Positions 8,114 to 14,496 of a DNA stretch of 14,496 nt are shown in pieces (position 1 is the first letter of the stretch; every line of letters begins with the position of its first letter). The stretch is from assembly GCA_037133055.1 (NCBI GenBank), contig JBAXOY010000080.1, positions 1 through 14,496 of the forward strand. Direction: 5' to 3'. The notes below the pieces were generated by a model, which saw only the letters and a program-made list of their open reading frames with translations, was not told where the DNA came from and searched no databases. Source of the stretch: Chlamydiota bacterium (GTDB lineage Bacteria; Auribacterota; Tritonobacteria; UBA1439). The position numbers and the translations under genes were made by a program.

Positions 8114-8513
8114 CTCTCCGGGGCGATGGCGGAGCGAGCCCTGCTTCGGGACGTGTTCGACTATGTGTTCGAGGCCGACCGCCGGCGGATAAGACCGATC
8201 CGGACATACCGGAACCCGGTTTTCCTTGCCCGGGAGTGGGCGGAGGCAATGCGATCGGGCAACTTCCGGTCACGCCGGGCGTTCGCCCATGCGCTTGGAT
8301 TATCACACGCACGGGTATCACAGGTGCTTGGGCTCCTGCGGCTTTGCCCACAGGCGCTTGGACAGATTGAAGGACTGGGGGATTCTCTCACATCCGGAGC
8401 AGTCACCGAGAGGAAGCTCAGGCCGGTATTGAGCCTGCCCCGCGAAAAGCAAGTACATAGGATTAGAACGATTCTCGCTTTGGCCCCCGCTGATGATTGC
8501 CTATCCCCCCCAA
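8114..8513 (+). repeat. Copy 2 of the dispersed att-like/HTH repeat
   Basis: Begins CTCTCCGGGGCGATGGCGGAGCGAGCC and is highly similar to 2351-2753 through TGATTGC..CCCCCCAA. Confidence 0.95.
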
Positions 8514-8671
8514 GAGTGCTACGCTTTACATCGCTAGACTGCTCACCGAAGGGAGGGGCTTATGAAATACAGATTGTTGCTCGCCGGGATGGTTCTCAGC
8601 ATAATATGGGTTCCCAGCGCAGTGCTCTACGGAGGTATCACGCCGGGCTTCTGGAAATCCGCCGACGGTAG
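8126..8671 (+). CDS. HTH protein copy 2; homology ends ~8496 and the rest is frameshift read-through
   Basis: Near-identical to 2363-2734. A 1-nt loss near 8485-8493 puts the homologous TGA out of frame, so the ORF runs into the next gene. Confidence 0.55.
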   Translation: MAERALLRDVFDYVFEADRRRIRPIRTYRNPVFLAREWAEAMRSGNFRSRRAFAHALGLSHARVSQVLGLLRLCPQALGQIEGLGDSLTSGAVTERKLRPVLSLPREKQVHRIRTILALAPADDCLSPPRVLRFTSLDCSPKGGAYEIQIVARRDGSQHNMGSQRSALRRYHAGLLEIRRR

Positions 8672-9425
8672 TACAGAGTTCTACGTTTCATCCGACGGAA
8701 CGCAGGTCTATAACTTCGCCATCCATATCACCGTCTCCGGTTGTGGGGCGTATAAAATCACCCACACGTACAATATTCCCATCGTCGGCAATTCATTTTC
8801 CTTCACGGGCCCCTACTATGCCTCGGGGACGTTTTTATCGGATACCTCATCCTCCGGGAACTACGGTCTCGACCAGTTACCCATCTCTGGCTGTGGCAAT
8901 GTGAGTAGCGGACCGTGGACATGGAACGCAGTATGTACACAGGCTTATTTCACCCCGACGCCCACGCCGAGCGGCAAGCCACCCACGGCGGAGTTGCACA
9001 TGCCGTCGCCCGACACGCTCTTCCCCGGGGAGAACGCCGTACTCGGGTACCGTATCCGGCTCCAGGACCCGTCGTGGGCGGGCGCCCCCGCCGACGCCTA
9101 TCTCGGCGTTGTCCCGCCGACCGGCGGGCTCCTCTACATCGGCTCGCGGGGGCGCTTTTACACGAGCCAGAACCCGATCGTGCGGAACCTCGCGATCGCC
9201 GACATAGATGGAGAGCTAGACTTCGGGCCGCTCCCGGTCGAGTACCCGACGGGCATCTACACCTTCTACGGTGTGCTCGCGCGGCCGGGGATGAGCTCCC
9301 TGCAGGTCTCGGGCCGCATCTCGAACGTTGACAGCACACAGTTCGAGCTCCTGCCGGCGCCCATCGCGCCCCCGACGCCCACGCCGGGCGGACCCACGCC
9401 CACGCACCCTGGCCTGGAGCTATGA
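8562..9425 (+). CDS. Secreted modular protein (beta-rich domain, Pro/Thr linker, second beta-sandwich-like domain, Pro/Thr tail)
   Basis: GGGAGGGG RBS, signal peptide MKYRLLLAGMVLSIIWVPSA, two SGCG motifs and TPTPTP linkers. Ends abruptly inside a linker. Confidence 0.8.
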   Translation: MKYRLLLAGMVLSIIWVPSAVLYGGITPGFWKSADGSTEFYVSSDGTQVYNFAIHITVSGCGAYKITHTYNIPIVGNSFSFTGPYYASGTFLSDTSSSGNYGLDQLPISGCGNVSSGPWTWNAVCTQAYFTPTPTPSGKPPTAELHMPSPDTLFPGENAVLGYRIRLQDPSWAGAPADAYLGVVPPTGGLLYIGSRGRFYTSQNPIVRNLAIADIDGELDFGPLPVEYPTGIYTFYGVLARPGMSSLQVSGRISNVDSTQFELLPAPIAPPTPTPGGPTPTHPGLEL

Positions 9426-9497
9426 CACCTTGTCCGATGGGCTGTACTCCATCGCGCGCAATAATAGCAACGGGGCGTTGTATGGTGGTTCGACATC
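9406..9497 (+). pseudogene. Degenerate single WSY beta-propeller blade fragment
   Basis: Frame of ORF 9328 reads TLAWSYDTLSDGLYSIARNNSNGALYGGST, matching the register of the blades in 161-2083 (WSY..S.A..SDG.IYVGS). Confidence 0.5.
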
Positions 9498-9501
9498 AAT
9501 G

Positions 9502-9878
9502 CTCCCCGGGGCGATGGCGGAGCGAACCCTGCTTTGGGACGTGTTCGACTATGTGTTCGAGGCCGACCGCCGGCGGATTAGGCCGATCCGAACCTACCGG
9601 AACCCGATCTTCCTTGCCCGGGAGTGGGCGGAGGCGATGCAAGAGGGGGTTTTCCAGTCCCGGAGGGCTTTCGCGAGGGCGATCGGCCTATCCCATGCCA
9701 GGGTGTCCCAGGTGCTTGGTCTCCTCCGGCTCTGCCCGCAGGGCTTGAGGGGGATCGAGGCGCTCGGGGATCCGCTCTTGTCCCGGATAGTCATAGAGAG
9801 GAAGCTCAGGCCGATTGTCATGCTCTCCGGGAAGGCGCAGAAACAGGGCTTAAGAAGATGTTGGCCGTCAGACGGTGA
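9502..9878 (+). repeat. Copy 3 (most diverged) of the dispersed att-like/HTH repeat
   Basis: The first ~77 nt differ from copy 1 at 2 positions. The 3' part differs mainly at synonymous sites. Confidence 0.9.
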
Positions 9879-9909
9879 AGGTTTATGTTTCAATTCCTTG
9901 CCCGTCTGA
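9514..9909 (+). CDS. HTH protein copy 3, probably frameshifted near 9848
   Basis: MAERTLLWDVFDY..AIGLSHARVSQVLGLLRLCP..ERKLRPIV. The homologous end LKKMLAVRR* lies in another frame (stop 9876-9878). Confidence 0.55.
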   Translation: MAERTLLWDVFDYVFEADRRRIRPIRTYRNPIFLAREWAEAMQEGVFQSRRAFARAIGLSHARVSQVLGLLRLCPQGLRGIEALGDPLLSRIVIERKLRPIVMLSGKAQKQGLRRCWPSDGEGLCFNSLPV

Positions 9910-9945
9910 TACCATTTCTACGGCCTATACGTTGGGAGGAGGACG

Positions 9946-10392
9946 GTGGAACGGCCCATTGCCTTGTTTACGATCGGATATGAAGGCTCGGACATGGATT
10001 CCTTCATTGCCCGCCTGGAGCAATCCCAGATAAATCGCGTCGTTGACGTGAGGGAAATTCCCTTATCGCGCAAGCCGGGATTTTCAAAAACTTCCCTGCG
10101 GGAAAAGCTTGAGGAGGAAGGGATCGAATACGTCCATATTCAACGGCTTGGGAGTCCCAAAGCGATTAGGAACAAGCTGAAAGAGGACGAGGACTATAAT
10201 TCCTTTTTTCAGTCATGCTCAACCTACCTTAACGACAATTATCTCGCCATCGAGGAAGCATACCGGCACGTCCTTGAGGCCAATTGCTGCCTCATGTGTT
10301 TTGAACGGCGCCCTAATAAATGCCATCGTTCTCTGGTTGCAGAGAAGATCAGAGAACGAGATGGTAACGGCCTCCGCATAGTCAACATATAG
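9946..10392 (+). CDS. DUF488 family protein
   Basis: GGAGGAGG RBS; motifs LFTIGYEG, VVDVREIPLSRKPGFSK, YVHIQRLGSP and CLMCFE..CHRSLVA. Confidence 0.9.
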   Translation: MERPIALFTIGYEGSDMDSFIARLEQSQINRVVDVREIPLSRKPGFSKTSLREKLEEEGIEYVHIQRLGSPKAIRNKLKEDEDYNSFFQSCSTYLNDNYLAIEEAYRHVLEANCCLMCFERRPNKCHRSLVAEKIRERDGNGLRIVNI

Positions 10393-10406
10393 GCAGAAAG
10401 ACCGCC

Positions 10407-10466
10407 GTGCTTACGCAAACAAAAAGAATTCTCATCACGGTCAAAGTGACACGACCCGGTTATTGA
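10407..10466 (+). pseudogene. 5' stub of a DUF488-associated gene
   Basis: MLTQTKRILITVK-VTRPGY*. It resembles the KRVLITVKTYP start I recall for DUF488 neighbour proteins; it is short and unverified. Confidence 0.4.
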
Positions 10467-10630
10467 CTCAACTCTACCTCGATTCCCTGGCCGAGGATAT
10501 TGATAGAAACCAGTCCCTTGTGATCTACTGCACCCGGCGCGTTAGCAGGCTGAATATTCCGGACAATATTGAGATCAGGAAGATTCCGCGTGATCTCCTT
10601 GAGAAATGCGATTTTGAGGAGGACAAATAG
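10448..10630 (+). pseudogene. 3' remnant of a type III R-M Mod (DNA methyltransferase) gene
   Basis: Start-less frame DTTRLLTQLYLDSLAEDIDRNQSLVIYCTRR..NIEIRKIPRDLLEKCDFEEDK* resembles the TT..LLI.C..NI.IKKIP..LL.KCEF C-terminus of Mod subunits (recalled). It ends 3 nt before the next ATG. Confidence 0.6.
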
Positions 10631-10633
10631 ACG

Positions 10634-11767
10634 ATGACAGTGGGAAAAAGAAACAGCCTTGCGCAAGGTAGTACTTATTTGTCCGCTGTCGCCGGAGTGG
10701 CGGCGGAGATACGGAACCTGATTGAGTCCGCCCGAAGTCATGTCGCGGCTTCGGCCAATCTGGCACTCGTGAATTTGTACTGGAACATTGGGCGGGTGAT
10801 TACTCAGGATATCCAAAAGGATGAGAAGCGAGCTGGATATGGGGATCTCTTGATGGAACGCCTGGCGACGATGTTGACAAGGGACTTTGGTTCAGGGTAC
10901 TCCATTCATAATCTAAGGGATATGAGGCGATTTCATGACATGTTTGAGATTCGGCAGACGCCGTCTGCCGAATTGGACGAAGAGAGAAAACGGCAGACGG
11001 TGTCTGCCGAATCCTGTGAGCGTATCCGTATTGATTTCCGGAAACATTACCGCCTGGGTTGGTCGCACTATCGGCTGCTTTTGAGTCAGGGCGATTCAGT
11101 CCGGCGCATGTTCTATTTTGAACAGGTGGCTAACCAACGCTGGTCGGTGCGCGAACTGCGGCGGCAGATTGACCGCGGACTGTTCGAGCGCGTGGCGCTT
11201 TCCAAGGACTCCCGGCAATTGGTGATAAGGGAGAAGCAGAAAGGGCCGGTTGAGATTGTCCGTTATGATGATGTGTTCAAGGATCCCTACGTTCTCGACT
11301 TCCTGGGACTGAAAGATTCTTACTCCGAAAAGGATCTTGAGGCCGCCATCATTCGGAACCTGGAGCAATTCCTTTCCGAACTTGGGACCGATTTCTGTTT
11401 TATTAAGCGACAGTATCCTATGCGGATTGACGATGACGATTACTTCCTGGATTTGCTCTTCTTCCATCGCAGCCTGAATTGCCTTGTTGCAATAGAATTG
11501 AAGATCGGTACCTTTACCGCGGCCGATAAAAGCCAAATGGACCTCTACCTCGCGTGGTTGAAGGAGCATGAATGGCGGAGGGGTGAGAACGAGCCGGTGG
11601 GGCTGATTCTCTGCACCTCCAAGCGCCGTCAACACGTCGAGCTATTGTTGCGGCACGGACCACACAAGATGAAAGTGGCCGAGTATCTGACGAAGATGCC
11701 GGACAAGCGGATTCTGGAAGCGAGGTTGAGAATGTACGGCAATCTGCTGAAAGAAGGGGCAGTATGA
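10634..11767 (+). CDS. DUF1016 / YhcG-like PD-(D/E)XK nuclease family protein
   Basis: LYWNIGRVI, RAGYG, LGWSHYRLL, WSVRELRRQI, KDPYVLDFLGL, SEKDLE, DLLFFHR..VAIELK and QMDLYL..ENEPVGLILC. Confidence 0.95.
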   Translation: MTVGKRNSLAQGSTYLSAVAGVAAEIRNLIESARSHVAASANLALVNLYWNIGRVITQDIQKDEKRAGYGDLLMERLATMLTRDFGSGYSIHNLRDMRRFHDMFEIRQTPSAELDEERKRQTVSAESCERIRIDFRKHYRLGWSHYRLLLSQGDSVRRMFYFEQVANQRWSVRELRRQIDRGLFERVALSKDSRQLVIREKQKGPVEIVRYDDVFKDPYVLDFLGLKDSYSEKDLEAAIIRNLEQFLSELGTDFCFIKRQYPMRIDDDDYFLDLLFFHRSLNCLVAIELKIGTFTAADKSQMDLYLAWLKEHEWRRGENEPVGLILCTSKRRQHVELLLRHGPHKMKVAEYLTKMPDKRILEARLRMYGNLLKEGAV

Positions 11768-11829
11768 GCATCCCTGAACAGATCAGCCGATATGTCCTAG
11801 CGACTGTTAGAAATACCGCAGAAAAATAG
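11764..11829 (+). pseudogene. Possible 5' stub of the next operon gene (type III Res?)
   Basis: ATGA-coupled start MSIPEQISRY.., then an early stop and A-rich DNA. The identity rests only on context. Confidence 0.25.
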
Positions 11830-11989
11830 CAGAAAAAAAACGGAGGGTTTCGCCTTTAATGCAGGCATCGGAAGCCCACAACCCCCGCTGGCATAGGCGC
11901 AACGTATTTGAGCCAAAACTGCACCAAAAATAGACCACTACGGGCGGCGCGGGCGGGAAGAGGAAGTGGACGGGGAATGGATGGGTAAA

Positions 11990-13033
11990 ATGACTTTTAG
12001 ACCGAAGTACACCATCTCAGACGCCACAGCGGTATCGCTGACGGGGATCGAGCGGGCGAGGGGGTTCCTGGAGGCCGCCCGCCTCTCCGAGGACTGGATC
12101 GCCGGGATGCAGCGCCGGGCGCTCGTCCTCGAGGCTCACCACACCACGCACATAGAGGGGACGCACCTCACCCTGGACCAGTCGGAGCGCCTCCTCTCGG
12201 GGAAGGCTGTCCCGGAGGCGAGCCCGGATGACGCCCGCGAGCTCCTGAACTACCGGGACGCATTCGAGCTCGTGGCCGGCTACCTCGGGAGCGGCGAGTC
12301 TATAACTGAGGGGCTCATTCGGGAGATACACAAGCGCCTCGTGCGCGGTGTCCGGGGCGATGCGGGGATGCCCGGGCAGTACCGGACCGGGCAGAACTAC
12401 GTCGTAAACATCCGCACCAGGGAAGTGGTATACACGCCTCCGCCTCCCCATGATGTGCCGCTCTTGATGACGGAGCTCGTCGCGTGGCTCGGGAAGGCCA
12501 AGTCGATCAATCCCGTCCTGGAGGCCGGCGTAGCGCAGTTTCAGCTCGTCCATATTCACCCCTTCGTGGACGGGAACGGCCGGACCGCCAGGCTACTCTC
12601 GACACTTTGCCTCTACCGGAAAGGGTACGACTTCAAGCGCCTCTTCACCATAAGCGAATACTACGACCGGGACCGGGCGGCGTATTACAGTGCAATTCAG
12701 AGTGTCCGGGCGGGTGGAATGGACCTTACGGCATGGCTGGAGTATTTCACGGATGGGCTCGCCGTGCAAATGAAAGAGGTCCAGGAGAAGGGCGAGCGGG
12801 TAATCAGGGCGGACGTGCTCACCCGGAAACACCGCCTCTCCGACCGGCAGCGGGCTGCTCTCGGGCATGCGTTGGAGCACGGCACTATTGCCCTCGATGA
12901 CTACGTCGTCCTGTGCCCGAAGGCAAACCGCCGGACGCTTCAGAGAGATCTCAAAGCAATGGTGGAGAAGGGCTTTCTAATGCAGGAAGGGGCAGGGCCG
13001 GCGGCACATTACCGCTTGAGGGGCAAGGAGTAA
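11990..13033 (+). CDS. Fic family AMPylase with C-terminal winged HTH
   Basis: [12 protein letters not shown] catalytic motif, N-terminal TTHIEG inhibitory-type motif and [15 protein letters not shown] wHTH. Alternative starts at 11966 and 11981. Confidence 0.95.
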   Translation: MTFRPKYTISDATAVSLTGIERARGFLEAARLSEDWIAGMQRRALVLEAHHTTHIEGTHLTLDQSERLLSGKAVPEASPDDARELLNYRDAFELVAGYLGSGESITEGLIREIHKRLVRGVRGDAGMPGQYRTGQNYVVNIRTREVVYTPPPPHDVPLLMTELVAWLGKAKSINPVLEAGVAQFQLVHIHPFVDGNGRTARLLSTLCLYRKGYDFKRLFTISEYYDRDRAAYYSAIQSVRAGGMDLTAWLEYFTDGLAVQMKEVQEKGERVIRADVLTRKHRLSDRQRAALGHALEHGTIALDDYVVLCPKANRRTLQRDLKAMVEKGFLMQEGAGPAAHYRLRGKE

Positions 13034-13037
13034 CGGG

Positions 13038-13080
13038 ATCGCGACAAGATCGCGACATAAATCGCGACATAACCACGACA
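13038..13080 (+). repeat. Four-copy ~11-bp tandem array
   Basis: ATCGCGACA at 13038, 13049 and 13061, and ACCACGACA at 13072. Confidence 0.85.
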
Positions 13081-13129
13081 TCAGAAAACATCGGGGTAAG
13101 ACCCGACTATTGACTGACTTATACCGGAA

Positions 13130-13275
13130 GGGATTTCAAGAGCCCTCGACGGAGTTTACACTGCGCTTGCCGAAGTGCTCGGGCCTCCCTCGCTTTGCTT
13201 GGTCGCTCGTACGGCGCGCTCAGTCCCGGAAGGCATCTCGACTCGTGCAACCTTCGGTTGCACTCGCTCAATGCC
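13130..13275. repeat. Two tandem nested REP-like palindromic units (B, C)
   Basis: GGGATT-TCAAG..CGCTC-AGTCCC (13130-13227) and GGCAT-C-TCGAC-[GTGCAACCTTCGGTTGCAC]-CGCTC-AATGCC (13232-13275), with the same architecture as 2242-2309. Confidence 0.7.
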
Positions 13276-13318
13276 AAAATAAGAAAAGCCCCATCTCTGG
13301 GGCTTTTCTTATTTTGGC
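13273..13318 (-). terminator. Terminator-like hairpin overlapping a tRNA-like 3' end (minus strand)
   Basis: Perfect 21-bp inverted repeat GCCAAAATAAGAAAAGCCCCA / TGGGGCTTTTCTTATTTTGGC with a 4-nt loop. Confidence 0.75.
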
Positions 13319-13416
13319 TCCCCATAGTGGACACGTTTAGAACTCTCTGTATAGCTCCCACTACGGAAATCAGGCGGGTTTTCGCGGATTTGGGCAATTT
13401 AGCAGGGGTGGCATAA
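13315..13416 (+). mobile_element. Junction 4: att-like site and 33-aa recombinase-type tail
   Basis: TGGCTCCCC-N15-AGAACT; reads WLPIVDTFRTLCIAPTTEIRRVFADLGNLAGVA*, in register with WLPGAMAERTL of copy 1. Confidence 0.6.
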
Positions 13417-13477
13417 TCGCGAAAGTACGGTGCGGGATAACGTTGAGGTCAGAAGAAAGGGGAACAAGAGGTGATTT

Positions 13478-13825
13478 ATGGGAAAGACAAAAGATAGAGG
13501 GAGGTCCAGCGATTCCACCGCAAACAAAGGGACTGCTATCCATTTCTCCGCAAGGGATGACGGGTCGAAGCAGCAGATGGACCGCTTGGTGAAGGAATCT
13601 GCCGGAGAGATAGCGCACCTCAGAAGATCGGTGTTCAAGGATCTACAGGATCGGAGTAGTCTGCTGAGAACGGGGAGGCTTTGGAGCATGACCGAGGCGC
13701 TTAAGGCGACGGAGAAGATAATTGGGAAGCAGAGGCTCTCCGATGTGCCGACAATAAGGCTCTACAAGCTCAGGCTCCGTTATCTGGAACTGCTTGGAGG
13801 AAAAGGGGGAGCGGCTTCTCTATAG
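13478..13825 (+). CDS. Hypothetical basic protein (115 aa)
   Basis: GAGGTGA RBS just before the ATG; no recognised motif. Confidence 0.5.
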   Translation: MGKTKDRGRSSDSTANKGTAIHFSARDDGSKQQMDRLVKESAGEIAHLRRSVFKDLQDRSSLLRTGRLWSMTEALKATEKIIGKQRLSDVPTIRLYKLRLRYLELLGGKGGAASL

Positions 13826-13889
13826 CCATTAGGAGCGAGCCTCCTGCACAAAGCGAGAGGCATTTGGGAACTTCGCCCATTGTGAAATG

Positions 13890-13921
13890 AACCGGCACAA
13901 ACCCGGCACAAACCCGGCACA
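13890..13921 (+). repeat. Three-copy ~11-bp tandem array
   Basis: AACCGGCACA, AACCCGGCACA, AACCCGGCACA, followed by GAATCGCGACT. Confidence 0.8.
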
Positions 13922-13994
13922 GAATCGCGACTAATCCGAAAATCCGATCGAGAGAGGGGGATTGAGCGACGATCTTCCTCCATGAAGGATAATA

Positions 13995-14087
13995 GCCATA
14001 TCTGCGTCAGAGCTCCTGGACGCTTACCCCCGCCTTAGCCTCTTTCAAAATGCCAATGATCTGCTCCGATGTAGACCTATTTTCTCT
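13995..14087 (-). pseudogene. IS3-family transposase OrfA N-terminal remnant
   Basis: Minus strand reads RENRSTSEQIIGILKEAKAGVSVQEL*RRYG, like KKSRFTEEQIIGILKEAEAG..ELCRKHG, with an internal stop. Confidence 0.85.
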
Positions 14088-14282
14088 CGGGCCTAACGCC
14101 GCAGGATAGCCCAGTCCTCGGAGGGCGGGTTCCCCCAACGGCTGGGGTGGGCGCGTAAAGGATTCCTTGCCTACCCACCAAGAAAGATCGAAAACGGGAA
14201 GATTTGTCAGGCCCTTCTGTTATGACTCTTCGCACCAAGAATGGCTAACATGACATGAGCACAGACACAGGCAAATAAGCAC

Positions 14283-14387
14283 AGTAAGGCCTCACTTACA
14301 GTGGGTACTTTCACCCCCCTCCCTATCCCTCCCCCTCAAGGGGGGAGGGGAAAAATGGTGGGACCCCCCCATAAGTGAGGCCGTACT
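14283..14387. mobile_element. 105-bp MITE-like element
   Basis: TIRs AGTAAGGCCTCACTTA / TAAGTGAGGCCGTACT (15/16 match), a flush AAGCAC direct repeat on both sides and an internal CCCTCCCCC/GGGGGAGGG hairpin. Confidence 0.8.
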
Positions 14388-14496
14388 AAGCACAGGCAAA
14401 TAAGCTTCTGCGGACTAAAAATATTTGGTAAGCTCACGTGGCTGTCCTAGCGACCAGATGATGAGACCGTGAAAATGGAGAAAATGGGTAACACTC

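Noticed and set aside
13038..13330. CRISPR array or IS assignment for the repeats
   Set aside because: There are no regularly spaced repeats with unique spacers and no cas genes. The 400-bp repeat shows no terminal inverted repeats, target duplication or transposase motif.
2300..13420. Complete tRNA genes at the junctions
   Set aside because: Only ~9-12 nt match a tRNA 3' end. The adjacent sequence gives no T-arm at canonical spacing and no cloverleaf.
14091..14225. Possible integron attC (GCCTAAC ... GTTATGA)
   Set aside because: The ends are only partly complementary, with no convincing L boxes and no associated cassette ORF.
11793..14454. 12-bp direct repeat TGTCCTAGCGAC (11793-11804, 14443-14454)
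   Set aside because: Several 12-mer repeats are expected by chance in 14.5 kb (about n^2/2/4^12, roughly 6). There is no extension, although the first copy lies near the apparent break in the 11764 stub.

Overview
GC-rich bacterial accessory region with nearly all genes on the + strand. It is divided by four related junctions (2348, 8114, 9502, 13315) that read (TGG)CTC(C/T)CC-N15-(C/A)GA(A/G)C(C/T). On the minus strand this resembles a tRNA-Asn-type 3' end (GGGGAGCCA), and at three of the four junctions it sits next to a terminator-like hairpin. Three junctions run into a ~380-400 bp repeat encoding a ~125-aa ParB-like HTH protein that is under purifying selection. The fourth runs into a 33-aa WLPIVDTFRTL.. 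tail. I interpret these as attachment-site half-sites plus displaced C-terminal tails of large serine recombinases, forming an integrase-less, cassette-like array at a tRNA hotspot. This is inference: neither an integrase nor a complete tRNA is in the window. Cargo around the junctions: (1) a secreted 8-blade WSY/PQQ-like beta-propeller protein; (2) a sensor kinase and sigma54 activator upstream of a sigma54 promoter, a DUF47-like gene, a truncated PiT paralog and a non-canonical (GANN) PiT transporter; (3) a secreted Pro/Thr-linker protein; (4) a decayed defence-like cluster (DUF488, type III mod remnant, DUF1016/YhcG, Fic); (5) a hypothetical gene, an IS3 remnant and a 105-bp MITE. Nested REP-like palindromes and 11-bp iteron-like arrays also occur.
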